64,000 nt of DNA. It comes from an uncultured Acidobacteriota bacterium (lineage in GTDB: Bacteria; Acidobacteriota; JAQAZP01). The DNA lies in NCBI GenBank assembly GCA_963836075.1, contig CAWIIB010000001.1, positions 576,001-640,000 of the forward strand, given 5' to 3'. How positions within the stretch are numbered: the stretch's first letter is position 1; each line of letters opens with the position of its first letter. Below, in pieces: positions 31,492-41,032 of the stretch. The notes beneath the pieces were generated by a model. That model had not been told where the DNA came from and ran no database searches. It saw nothing but the letters and a program-made list of their open reading frames with translations. Made by a program: the position numbers and the translations under genes.

Positions 31492-32495
31492 TCCATCTCC
31501 GGCTTGAGCCGCCGTTCCATCAGCCTGGCGATGGCCGCCGCCGGGTCGGCGCCCTGGTGGAGAACCGCATTCATCTCGATGGTGATCGGCATTTCCACCC
31601 CGTGCTTTGCGGCCAGTTCCAGCACCGAGCGGGTGGTCTTCACCCCTTCGGCCACGGTGACCTTGCCGGCCATGGCCTCTTCCAGGGTTCTTCCGCGACC
31701 CAGCTCCACCCCCAGCGAGCGGTTGCGGCTCAACTCGCCGGTGCAGGTGAGCACCAGGTCGCCCATCCCGGAAAGCCCGGCCAGGGTACCGGGCAGCGCC
31801 CCCAGGGCCACGGCCAGGCGCTCCATCTCCACCAGGCCCCGGGTGAGCAGCGCGGCGGTGGTGTTGTGCCCCAGCCCGATGCCCTGGACCACGCCGGCGG
31901 CGATGGCGATGACGTTCTTCACCGCCCCGCCCAGCTCCACGCCCACCACGTCAGTGGTGCGGTAGAGCCGGAAACGGCTGCCCGAGAGGTTCTCCTGGAT
32001 CCGCCGGGCGGTGGTTTCTTCGGTGGAAGCGGCCACCACTGCCGTGGGGTGGCCGTCGGCGGTTTCGCGGGCGAAACTGGGGCCCGAGATCACCCCCACA
32101 GTTCCGGGCCCGGTCCGACGGCCCAGCACCTGCTCCAGCACCTGGGACATGCGGAGGTGGGTCTCCTGTTCCAGCCCCTTGGTGGCGCTGACCAGGATCT
32201 GGCCCGGTTCCACCAGCGGCTCCATCTGCCGGGCCACGTTGCGGCAGAAGTGGGAGGGCATCACGGTGAGCACCAGCGGCGCGCCGGGGACGGCACGGTC
32301 CAGGCGGCTGGTCACCTTGATCTCTTCGGGCAGGCGATAGCCGGGAAGGAAGACGTTGTTCTCCCGGGTGGCGTCCATCCGCCGGGCCAGGTCATCCTCG
32401 TAGACCCAGAGCACCACCCGGCGGCCCATGCCGGCCAGGTGGATGGCCAGTGCGGTGCCCCAGCTCCCACCGCCCACAACGGCCAGTCGCTCCAT
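31488..32495 (-). CDS. gpsA: NAD(P)H-dependent glycerol-3-phosphate dehydrogenase
   Basis: GGGSWGTAL, SGPSFA, GAVKNVIAIA, GDLVLTC and SRNR. Confidence 0.97.
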   Translation of the reverse strand: MERLAVVGGGSWGTALAIHLAGMGRRVVLWVYEDDLARRMDATRENNVFLPGYRLPEEIKVTSRLDRAVPGAPLVLTVMPSHFCRNVARQMEPLVEPGQILVSATKGLEQETHLRMSQVLEQVLGRRTGPGTVGVISGPSFARETADGHPTAVVAASTEETTARRIQENLSGSRFRLYRTTDVVGVELGGAVKNVIAIAAGVVQGIGLGHNTTAALLTRGLVEMERLAVALGALPGTLAGLSGMGDLVLTCTGELSRNRSLGVELGRGRTLEEAMAGKVTVAEGVKTTRSVLELAAKHGVEMPITIEMNAVLHQGADPAAAIARLMERRLKPEME

Positions 32496-32513
32496 CAGCT
32501 CTCCTCCCCCACC

Positions 32514-33104
32514 TCACCAGAGGCGGTTTTCCCGCCCCTGCAGAATGCGGGCGATGTTCGACCGGTGGCTCCAGACCACCGCCGCCGAGCAGCCGAGCAC
32601 GGCGGCCAGTTGCGGGACGGTCACCGGATCCAGCCACCACACGGCCAGTGGAAAGGCCAGGGCGGCGGAGATGGAACCGAGGGAAACGGTCCGGCTGACC
32701 AGGGCCACCGTGACAAAGACCACCACGGTGGGCAGCAGGGCCAGCGGCGACAGCACGAGGAAGACCCCGAGACAGGTGGCCACTCCCTTGCCCCCGCGAA
32801 AGCGCAGGTAGACCGGAAAGATGTGCCCCAGCACCGCGGCCAGCCCGGCGAAAAAGACGGTGGTGCCCTCCCCGCCGGTCAGTGCCCCGGCGATGAGCAC
32901 CGCCGCGGCCCCCTTGGCCGCGTCCAGCAGCAGCGTGGCCACACCCCAGAAGCGGCCGGTGGTGCGCAGCACGTTGGTGGCGCCGATGTTGCCGCTGCCG
33001 GCCTGCCGCACGTCCCGGCCGGTGCGCAGCCGGACGAGGATCAGGCCGAAGGGCACGGCCCCCAGCAGGTAAGCGAGCAGCAGGGCGGCGATACGGATCA
33101 TCAT
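32514..33104 (-). CDS. plsY: Glycerol-3-phosphate acyltransferase
   Basis: GSGNIGATN, DAAKG, GHIFP, FRGGKGVAT and HRSNI. Confidence 0.97.
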   Translation of the reverse strand: MMIRIAALLLAYLLGAVPFGLILVRLRTGRDVRQAGSGNIGATNVLRTTGRFWGVATLLLDAAKGAAAVLIAGALTGGEGTTVFFAGLAAVLGHIFPVYLRFRGGKGVATCLGVFLVLSPLALLPTVVVFVTVALVSRTVSLGSISAALAFPLAVWWLDPVTVPQLAAVLGCSAAVVWSHRSNIARILQGRENRLW

Positions 33105-33712
33105 GGTTCCTTCACCTCATCGGCGTTCCCGGCCGGGACCAGCGGCCAGCGGTCAACCTCGTCGTATCTGGCTCCGGACGGCAGCAGTGTGCTGCTGAAC
33201 AGCGACAGCCGGGAAACGGTAAAACCGCCGAAGCTCCGTTCCTCGTGGGCAGCCAGACAGGAGGCCAGCAGCTCCCGCTCGCCCCGCCGCAGCGAGCGGC
33301 GGAAACGGCCCACGGTGAGGTGCGGCCGGAATTCCCTGCGCTCCCGGGGAAAGCCCTGAACCTCCATGGCCTCCGCCACCCGCTCCTGGAGATGGTACAA
33401 CGGATCGGGCGGCTGTTGAAAGCCGACCCACAGCACACGGGGGGACCGCTGGTGGGGGAAGACACCCGCACCCGCCGTGGCCAGCCGGAACGGGCCCGCC
33501 GACCCCGGACATCCGGCCAGGGCCCGGCGGATGGCATCCAACTGCTCCACTGGGACATCGCCCAGAAAGGCGAGGGTCAGATGAATTCCCTCGGGACGCA
33601 CCCAGCGCAGCGAGGTCAGCCCCCGCTCCAGCTCGCCCCGCAACCGGGCCAGCCCCGCCTTCACTTCCGGGGGTATGGCCAGGGCCACGAAGAGCCTCAG
33701 GGTCTCGTTCAC
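33101..33712 (-). CDS. thpR: RNA 2',3'-cyclic phosphodiesterase
   Basis: RLFVAL plus 2H motifs HLTL and HLTV; GTG start overlaps the cinA stop. Confidence 0.92.
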   Translation of the reverse strand: MNETLRLFVALAIPPEVKAGLARLRGELERGLTSLRWVRPEGIHLTLAFLGDVPVEQLDAIRRALAGCPGSAGPFRLATAGAGVFPHQRSPRVLWVGFQQPPDPLYHLQERVAEAMEVQGFPRERREFRPHLTVGRFRRSLRRGERELLASCLAAHEERSFGGFTVSRLSLFSSTLLPSGARYDEVDRWPLVPAGNADEVKEP

Positions 33713-34944
33713 AGGAACTGCCTCCGGACCATGTCCAGGGCGCTGCGGCAGGCATACTGGCGGATCTGCCCCCTGCTGCCCGTAAAGAGATACCGCTGGT
33801 GCAGCACCGTTTCTCCGCTGTCCAGGGCGATGTAGACCAGGCCCACCGGTTTTTCCGGGGTCCCGCCCCCCGGGCCGGCAACACCGGTGATGCTGACACC
33901 GATATCCGCCCCGAAGCGGTGCCGCACCCCCTGGGCCATGCCCAGGGCCACCGCGGAACTCACTGCGCCGAATTTCTTCAGGTAGAGCGGGTTGACGCCC
34001 AGCAGTTTCTCCTTGGCCTGGTTGCTGTAGGAAACCACACCGCCGAGAAAAACGGCCGAGCTCCCCGGCACGGCGGTGATCGTCTGGGCCAGCAGGCCGC
34101 CGGTGCACGACTCGGCCACGGCCAGCGTCCGGGAGTTGGCACCGAGCAGACCGCCCACCACCTCTTCCAGGGAGTCATCGCCGGAACCGAAACAGTGGCT
34201 GCCCAGCCGCCCGGCAAAACTCCGGGCCAGCCGGTCCATCCGGTCACCCAGTCGGGCGGCACGGCGGTCCACTCCGCGCAGCTGCACCTCGATCTGGCCC
34301 GGGGAGGCCAGCAGGCTGACCCGGATGGGACCGGAGGGATCGGGGTAGAGCTCCCGCAGCCGGGAGTCCACCTCCGGTTCGCTCAGGCCGGTCACCCGCA
34401 GCGCCCGCAGCTCCACCACCCCGCCGTCGTGACGGCCGCGCAGCGAGGGGACCACGTGCCGGGCAAAAATGTCCCGCAGTTCCGCCGGGACCCCGGGGAG
34501 CAGAAAGATCTCACACCCCTTCTCTTCCAGCCGCAGCCCGGGGGAGGTTCCGAGGCGGTTTTCCAGCGGCCGGGCGCCCATGGGCAGCAGCGCCTCACGC
34601 TCACAGGACGGCGGCATGGACAGCTGCTGCGCGGCGAAGCGCGCACGGATCTGCTGCAGCACCTTTTCGTTGAGCACCAGGGTGCGGCCCAGCACCCGGG
34701 CCGCCATCCGGCGGGTCAGGTCGTCCTCGGTGGGTCCCAGCCCGCCGGCGGCGAGCACCAGGTTGGACCGGCGGACCGCCGAGCGGAATACCGATTCCAG
34801 GGCCTGGTCATCGTCCCCCACCCTGGTCATCACACTGACCGGCAGACCGATCCGCTCCAGCTGACCGGTGAGGTAGACGGAATTGGTCTCCCGAAACCCG
34901 GAGGCCAGGAGTTCGGAGCCGATGAGGATGATTTCAACTTTCAT
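33709..34944 (-). CDS. cinA: Competence/damage-inducible protein CinA (MocF + PncC)
   Basis: GGLGPTEDDLT, AESCTGG, GAVS and GVAGPGGG. Confidence 0.95.
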   Translation of the reverse strand: MKVEIILIGSELLASGFRETNSVYLTGQLERIGLPVSVMTRVGDDDQALESVFRSAVRRSNLVLAAGGLGPTEDDLTRRMAARVLGRTLVLNEKVLQQIRARFAAQQLSMPPSCEREALLPMGARPLENRLGTSPGLRLEEKGCEIFLLPGVPAELRDIFARHVVPSLRGRHDGGVVELRALRVTGLSEPEVDSRLRELYPDPSGPIRVSLLASPGQIEVQLRGVDRRAARLGDRMDRLARSFAGRLGSHCFGSGDDSLEEVVGGLLGANSRTLAVAESCTGGLLAQTITAVPGSSAVFLGGVVSYSNQAKEKLLGVNPLYLKKFGAVSSAVALGMAQGVRHRFGADIGVSITGVAGPGGGTPEKPVGLVYIALDSGETVLHQRYLFTGSRGQIRQYACRSALDMVRRQFL

Positions 34945-35034
34945 GGCCCGGGGTGCAGCTCATCTGTTTCGGTGATAAGGATGTCCCGAAAATAATACCG
35001 TATGGGGCCACGGCTTGACAACGTGAGCGGGGGA

Positions 35035-35805
35035 TCAGGGATCAGGGTGTGTCTCGGGCCCCGTATCCTCCCCGCCCTCGATCAGGGTGGAGCAGTTGAT
35101 CAGGGCCGGACCGACGATGCCGCCGGAGATGATGAATTTCACGCCGTCCTCGATGGAGAGGTCCAGCAGCCGGACCTCGGACCGTGGCGTCACCACCAAC
35201 CAGCCGGATGTGGGGTTGGGGGTGGTGGGCAGGAAGACGCTGATCAGCTCGCCCTGGAGGTAGCGGTCAACGCCCCCGGGGTATTCCTGGGTCAGGAAGC
35301 CCATGGTCCAGATCCCCCGGCGAGGGTATTCCACCAGCACCACCCGCGAGAAACCGGCGTAGTGGCTCATACGGATTGACTGCATCAGCTGCTGGGCGGC
35401 GCCGTACACGCTCTTCACCAGGGGAATGCGAAGGATCAGCTGATCCAGGGCTCTGAGGATCCGGCGGCCGATGAGATTGGTGCCCAGGCCGCCCACCAGC
35501 AGGACCAGCAGCAGGGTCAGCAGCAGACCGATGGGGATGGTCAGCGAACGGATAAACGGCTCCCAGTCGCGCAGGGCGGCGCCGAACACCCCGGAGACGA
35601 TGAGGTCGATCAAACGGCGCACCAGCGGCGTGATATAGGCGTTGATGATCTTGAACAGGAAGTAGAGCAGGGTAATGGTGATCAGCAGGGGCAGCAGGAT
35701 CACCAGCCCGGTGATGAAGATCCGCCGCATTCGCGAGATGATGCTGCGCGGCGCCTTCTCCTTGCCCGGCCCTTCGCTGGTCTGGTCGGCCATGACGGGG
35801 CTCAA
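35035..35805 (-). CDS. DUF502 membrane protein
   Basis: IPLVKSVY, VLVEYPR and FLPTTPNPTSG. Confidence 0.9.
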   Translation of the reverse strand: MSPVMADQTSEGPGKEKAPRSIISRMRRIFITGLVILLPLLITITLLYFLFKIINAYITPLVRRLIDLIVSGVFGAALRDWEPFIRSLTIPIGLLLTLLLVLLVGGLGTNLIGRRILRALDQLILRIPLVKSVYGAAQQLMQSIRMSHYAGFSRVVLVEYPRRGIWTMGFLTQEYPGGVDRYLQGELISVFLPTTPNPTSGWLVVTPRSEVRLLDLSIEDGVKFIISGGIVGPALINCSTLIEGGEDTGPETHPDP

Positions 35806-36371
35806 CCTTCTTTTCTATATTGCAGTTTGGGACTTATCAGGTGCCAGAACTTGATTCCGTAGTCAACGGCCGAGGCGATGGCCAGCAAAATCACCACCCA
35901 GAGCAGGGACTGTCCGACCAGCCGCACCATCTCGTGGCTGAACAGCAGTTTGGCCAGAATGAGAAAGATGATGGTCACCGACTGGGAGATCATCTTGTAC
36001 TTGCCCAGGGCCGACGCGGCGATCACCTGTCCCTCGACGGAGGCGATGCTGCGGAACCCGCTCACCGCCAGTTCCCGCCCGACGATCACCACCACCATCC
36101 AGGCCGGCACCAGGGTGTGGTCCACTTCCACCAGAGAGATAAAGGCGGCGCTGATCAGCAGCTTGTCGGCCAGCGGGTCGAGCAGTTTGCCCAGGGTGGT
36201 CACCTGGTCCCGCTTGCGGGCCAGGTAGCCGTCCAGCCAGTCGGTGCTCACGGCCAGCAGAAAAATGGCGCCGCCCAGCAGCTCCTTGCCCTCGAACTTG
36301 GTCAGCAGCACCACCACCAGGAAGGGCACCAGAAAGATGCGAAAAAGGGTCAGAAAAATGGGCAGGTTCAT
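35802..36371 (-). CDS. pgsA: CDP-diacylglycerol--glycerol-3-phosphate 3-phosphatidyltransferase
   Basis: TDWLDGYLARK...GKLLDPLADK and GRE. Confidence 0.95.
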   Translation of the reverse strand: MNLPIFLTLFRIFLVPFLVVVLLTKFEGKELLGGAIFLLAVSTDWLDGYLARKRDQVTTLGKLLDPLADKLLISAAFISLVEVDHTLVPAWMVVVIVGRELAVSGFRSIASVEGQVIAASALGKYKMISQSVTIIFLILAKLLFSHEMVRLVGQSLLWVVILLAIASAVDYGIKFWHLISPKLQYRKEG

Positions 36372-36564
36372 TTCAGCTCCCGGTGATCAGCGGTATCCAG
36401 GATCGCTCACCCGGACCAGGGGATCTGTCGGAGCCACAGCCAGTCCGGAATCGGATTATATAAACCGTGCCGGTGGGAGTCAAAGCGTAACCCCTCGACC
36501 GGAGGGTTTGCATTTGGGTAGAATAATCTGCCTGCAGCAGGCAGGTGGAAGATCAGGAGGCGCG

Positions 36565-38703
36565 ATGAACAGGATCAGTATTCACGATGCCGTTGGACGA
36601 GGACTGAGAACCGGGTTTTTCTTCGGCCTGCTGGCGGGGCTCCAGGAAGGCCTGTCGGCGGTCACCATCTCCCGCGCCCGCACCGGAGATGTGAGCATCA
36701 CCGGCCTGAGCAAGCTGGTCCACGTCTTCTTCACCCCGGTGCTGGCCGACAGCCTGCTGATGGCCCTGCTGGCCCTGATCCCGGCCTTGGGACTCTGGTT
36801 CTGGCAACGCAGGAGAAGATCGATCTCCGACTCCCCGGATCAGTGGTTCGGCCCCCTGCTGGCCGGGCTGGCCGGCGGGGGCGCGGTGCTGATCTTTGGC
36901 GCCTTCCGCACCTTCCCCGCGTTCAATCTGAACCTGCTGCTGAAGCTGGACGGGGTCTTCGGCCTGCTGGGCCTGGTTGGCGCCGCCCTGCTGGCCGGGG
37001 TGGCCTTCCATGTCCTGTCCCGGCGTTTCGCCGGCCGGACGATCATCCCGGCCCTGGCCCTGTCGGCGATCACCATTGCACTGCCCGCCGTACCGGCCTC
37101 CTGCTGGGTCTTTCGCAACGAGGACCATCCCCTGGGCGGCAACACCGGTTTTTCCATCGGCCTGTCCGTCACCGTTGTGGTTTTCGCCCTGCTGGTACTG
37201 CTGCTCCGCAAGTGGCTGAGCCGGCAGCCTTCGCGCCGCCGGGCCATCCGCTGGTGGTTCGGCCTGGCCGCCGCCGGTCTGGTCACCGGCACCTTTCTCC
37301 CCCTGGCCTTCATGGGCAGCACAGCCGACGATTCGACGACCCACACGGTCCCGGGCAACCGGAACGTGATCCTCTATACCGTGGACACCCTGCGGGGGGA
37401 CGCCCTGGACCTTGACGATCCCGAGACATCCCGCACTCCGAACCTGGCCCGGCTGGCCGCAGCCGGAACACGGTTCGACGATGTCCAGGCCCAGTGCCCC
37501 TGGACCCTCCCCTCCATCTGCTCGATGATGACCGCGATCCATCCCAGCGGGCAGGGAGTGGTCCGGTCGAACCACCGGCTGGACAGCGCCCGCCGGACAC
37601 TGGCCGAAGAACTGGCCGCCGCCGGCTTCCTGACCCAGGCGGTGATCTGCAATGCCTGGCTCACCGAAGACTTCGGTTTGAACCAGGGCTTCCAGGGCTA
37701 CAACCACGTCTGGGAGGAGGGGGCGTCCGAATACTGGTTGAACTGCGTCTGGGTCCGCATCGTCCGCCGGTTCCAGCCCGACTTTCTCCAGGCCCCGAAC
37801 ACCCACGACTCGGCCGAGATGGTGGACCGGGCGATCCGCTTTCTGCACCAGCATTCCACAAGCAACTTCTTCCTCTGGGTTCACGTCATCGACCCCCACG
37901 ATCCCTATGCCCCGCTGGGCCGGTTCCGCGCCATGGCCGCCCAGGGGTACAAGGGCCGGCTGCCGCCCACGAGGTCGGGCAATGTGAATCAGCTGCGCCG
38001 CGGCCGGATGCTGGAAGCGGAAGACCGCCGCCACCTGCGGCGCCTCTATGACCTGGAGGTGCAGTACACCGACGAGCAGTTCGGCCGGCTGATGCAATCG
38101 CTGGAAGAGCTGGGTCTCCTGTCCAACACCCTGGTGGTCTTCACCTCCGATCATGGCGAGGAGTTCTGGGACCACGAGAACGTGGGTCACGGCCACACCC
38201 TGTTCGACGAACTGACCCACGTGCCGCTGATCATCAGACCTCCGGAAGTGCCGCAGGTGCAGCAGGTATCCACCCAGGTCCGGCTGATCGACATGGCCCC
38301 CACCATCCTCGACATGCTCGGACTCCCGCCCCTGGCCGAGGGGCAGGGATCGAGCCTGCTGCCGCTGATGCAGGGCGTGGAGGAAGGGCACCGGCCCAGC
38401 TTTGGCGAAGCCCTGATCTATTTCGGGGAGAAGAAGTCGGTGGATGACGGCCGCTACCGCCTGATCACCTCGGACAACAGCGGCACCGTTGAACTCTACG
38501 ACCTGGAGACCGATCCCGGCGCCACCCACGACCTGTCCGCGGACCACCCGGAGATCGTCACCCGGCTCAAGGAAGGGCTCCGCGAGCACCTCCGCCGGCA
38601 GGAGGCGTTCAACCAGTCGCTGGAGAAAAACGAAGCGGACGGCGGGCCGGAACTGGACGAGCGGATGAAGGCCCGTCTGCGCGCCCTGGGCTACCTCCAG
38701 TGA
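36565..38703 (+). CDS. Multi-TM sulfatase-like (alkaline phosphatase superfamily) protein
   Basis: AGGAGG RBS; about 8 TM helices, then VDTLRGD, WTLPS, DPHDPY and SDHGEEF; C-terminus LRALGYLQ. Confidence 0.85.
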   Translation: MNRISIHDAVGRGLRTGFFFGLLAGLQEGLSAVTISRARTGDVSITGLSKLVHVFFTPVLADSLLMALLALIPALGLWFWQRRRRSISDSPDQWFGPLLAGLAGGGAVLIFGAFRTFPAFNLNLLLKLDGVFGLLGLVGAALLAGVAFHVLSRRFAGRTIIPALALSAITIALPAVPASCWVFRNEDHPLGGNTGFSIGLSVTVVVFALLVLLLRKWLSRQPSRRRAIRWWFGLAAAGLVTGTFLPLAFMGSTADDSTTHTVPGNRNVILYTVDTLRGDALDLDDPETSRTPNLARLAAAGTRFDDVQAQCPWTLPSICSMMTAIHPSGQGVVRSNHRLDSARRTLAEELAAAGFLTQAVICNAWLTEDFGLNQGFQGYNHVWEEGASEYWLNCVWVRIVRRFQPDFLQAPNTHDSAEMVDRAIRFLHQHSTSNFFLWVHVIDPHDPYAPLGRFRAMAAQGYKGRLPPTRSGNVNQLRRGRMLEAEDRRHLRRLYDLEVQYTDEQFGRLMQSLEELGLLSNTLVVFTSDHGEEFWDHENVGHGHTLFDELTHVPLIIRPPEVPQVQQVSTQVRLIDMAPTILDMLGLPPLAEGQGSSLLPLMQGVEEGHRPSFGEALIYFGEKKSVDDGRYRLITSDNSGTVELYDLETDPGATHDLSADHPEIVTRLKEGLREHLRRQEAFNQSLEKNEADGGPELDERMKARLRALGYLQ

Positions 38704-40863
38704 TCAGTTCAGCTGCAGGATGCCCTTGCGCAGCGCCTCGGTGATGCAGGGGTAGATCAGATCCTCGCCCAGCGGCGGCTCCGCCGCGGCCAGCAGCTGG
38801 ATGATCTCGCCCACCGCCCGTCGCCCGTCGCACAGTTCCAGCACCCGCGTTTCCTGGCCGGTGAGCTTGGACCGGCTCTCGCTGTGCACCAGGAAGGGCC
38901 AGGGGCCGCGGGGAACCGCGGCGCCCAACTCCAGCACCTGGGCCTCGATCTGCGGGCGGAAGGCCTCCCCCCGCAGCCGCACCAGGCCCTCCACCCGGAT
39001 CTCCCGCGAGCGGGTTTCGGCCATCAGGCGGTCCAGGGGAAAAGCCAGCTGTCGCTCCTCCAGCCGGCCGCTGAACCGCGGGCGGAGGGCGAGGAACCGC
39101 TCCCGGGACCGGCGGGGAAAGCCGGCGCCTCCGGCCCGGCAGACGGCGAGGAAGAGGTGGCTCTCCGAGCGGGATTCCATCAGGCCCAGCCGGGAGAGGC
39201 GCATCCCGGCCCGGCCGGCCAGGGCGGCCGCCTGGTTGGCGGTGATCAGCCCCTCCTGCACCTCGTACCCTGCGGCGCTGAGGGCCAGCGGGCCCCGCCC
39301 GTCCTCGATGATCCGGGTGATGCCGTACGAACCGGCCTCCCGGTAGACCAGCGAGTGGCGGTAGAGGGTGAAGCGCAACGGGTCGGCCTTGACCACCGTC
39401 CGGTGGTGGCGCTCGATAAAATCGAGGGTGGCCTGGTGGTCTTCCGGCCGCTCGCCGGGGAAACCGACGAACCAGCCCAGCACCACCGGCAGGTCCAGTT
39501 CCTCGCAGTGGTCGAGGATCTCCCCGGCCACCTCGATCTTCATCCCCTTGTCCATCAGGTCGAGGACGCGCTGGGAGGCCGACTCCAGGCCGTAGAAGAG
39601 CATCCGGCAGCCGCCCTCCCGCAGTTGCTGCAGAAATTCCCGGGTGTAGATCGGCTCGAATTTCACCTCGGCATACCAGCGGGCATCGGGCGCCGTGCGG
39701 CGCAAATGATCCGCGATTTCCCGCAGGGTGGCCGGCGGCACCGAATCGTCGTAGAAGGCGAAGAGCCGGGCCCCCACCAGCTCCCGCAGGCGGTCCACGT
39801 CGGCCAGCACCTGGGGCGTGCGGCGCTTGCGGAAGTTGCGGTCCGGGGTGAGCACCGGCCGGGTGCAGAAGGCGCAGCGGTTCCAGTAGCAGCCCCGTGA
39901 CGACTGGAGGTGGTAGACCACCTCCGGCGTCAGGTAGCGGTCCAGGGGCATCAACTCGTAGGCCGGAGTGGGGTACCCGTCAGCCGGCGCCGCGCTTTGC
40001 TGCGCCGTGCCCTGCACTGTCCCGCTGCGGTCCAGGTGGAGCAGGTTGGGCACCTGCCCCAGGTCTCCGGCGGGCCACTGTTCCACCAGCCGGGCCAGCG
40101 GTTCCTCGCCGTCGTGCAGCACGTAGCCGTTGACATGGGTGAACAGCGCCGGTTCGGTGCGGATCACCTCCTCCAGGGAGAGCAGCAGCGCACCGCCCAG
40201 TACCAGGCAGAGGTCGGGCCCGGCCGCCTCGCGCAGCAGCCGCGCCAGGGTCATGGCCGGCAGCAGCTGGTCGATGTAGCCCACCGACAGCCCCACCACC
40301 TGGGGCCCGCCGTCCAGAATGGCGGGGACGGTCACCTCCGCGAAATAGTCCACGAAGGGGTTGACCCGCCGGTCCTCCGCCGCCTGCAGCAGCCCTGCCA
40401 CCTCGCTTTCCCGGCCGTCCAGCCGGAAACCGAACGAGTCGTAGGATGCCGGCGAGAACTCGGTGGAGACCAGCTGCAGCGCCCGGTTGAGGGTGAACAC
40501 GGCGTCGTGGTAGGCGTCGGGGTCCATGAAGGGGCCCCAGCGGGTCATGGTCTCCCGGGCCGCGGCGGTGCCGGCGGCGATGGCCGGGCCGTCGAAAACC
40601 ACGTTGATCAGGTCGAGATAGCGGCGCTGCTCCGCCGGCTCCAGCGCGGGGCGCCGTTCCAGCGCCTGCAGTTCGTCCTGCAGCCGCTCCGCGGAACGGC
40701 GCAGGCGGCCGGCCGAGGTGAAGTGGTGGAAGGCGTCGATGTTGGCGTCCACCAGGGTCACCCGGCAGCCCACCCGGTCCCGGAGATAGCCGCCCAGGGC
40801 GGGCAGGGCGGGATAGGGCTGCCGCACTTCCGCGGCCGGCGGATAGACCAGTGTCACATGCAT
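38704..40863 (-). CDS. Cobalamin-binding radical SAM protein with C-terminal winged-helix-like extension
   Basis: B12-binding domain (VVGLSV...VLGGA), SSRGCYWNRCAFC, YGLES, MDKG and GFPGE. Confidence 0.9.
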   Translation of the reverse strand: MHVTLVYPPAAEVRQPYPALPALGGYLRDRVGCRVTLVDANIDAFHHFTSAGRLRRSAERLQDELQALERRPALEPAEQRRYLDLINVVFDGPAIAAGTAAARETMTRWGPFMDPDAYHDAVFTLNRALQLVSTEFSPASYDSFGFRLDGRESEVAGLLQAAEDRRVNPFVDYFAEVTVPAILDGGPQVVGLSVGYIDQLLPAMTLARLLREAAGPDLCLVLGGALLLSLEEVIRTEPALFTHVNGYVLHDGEEPLARLVEQWPAGDLGQVPNLLHLDRSGTVQGTAQQSAAPADGYPTPAYELMPLDRYLTPEVVYHLQSSRGCYWNRCAFCTRPVLTPDRNFRKRRTPQVLADVDRLRELVGARLFAFYDDSVPPATLREIADHLRRTAPDARWYAEVKFEPIYTREFLQQLREGGCRMLFYGLESASQRVLDLMDKGMKIEVAGEILDHCEELDLPVVLGWFVGFPGERPEDHQATLDFIERHHRTVVKADPLRFTLYRHSLVYREAGSYGITRIIEDGRGPLALSAAGYEVQEGLITANQAAALAGRAGMRLSRLGLMESRSESHLFLAVCRAGGAGFPRRSRERFLALRPRFSGRLEERQLAFPLDRLMAETRSREIRVEGLVRLRGEAFRPQIEAQVLELGAAVPRGPWPFLVHSESRSKLTGQETRVLELCDGRRAVGEIIQLLAAAEPPLGEDLIYPCITEALRKGILQLN

Positions 40864-41032
40864 TCCCGGAGGCTCCTCGTTGATCTCCCGGTTATCTTAG
40901 TCCGCCGTCTCCCGGCCGGGCAAGCGGCTGCGCCGCTTCGTTGACTCACGCCGGATGCTTACGGTACCGATACCGCCCTGCCGCGGCCGCTGGACACCCT
41001 GTTCCGGAGCCCCGGAACGGAAGAGGGAGCCC

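Noticed and set aside
36244-36564. N-terminal extensions in the ORF track (sulfatase-like gene; also purC, rplS, ribE, thpR, hrcA, nagZ, bactofilin)
   Set aside because: They overlap neighbouring genes, tRNA or promoters, while downstream starts have clear RBSs or family-typical N-termini.
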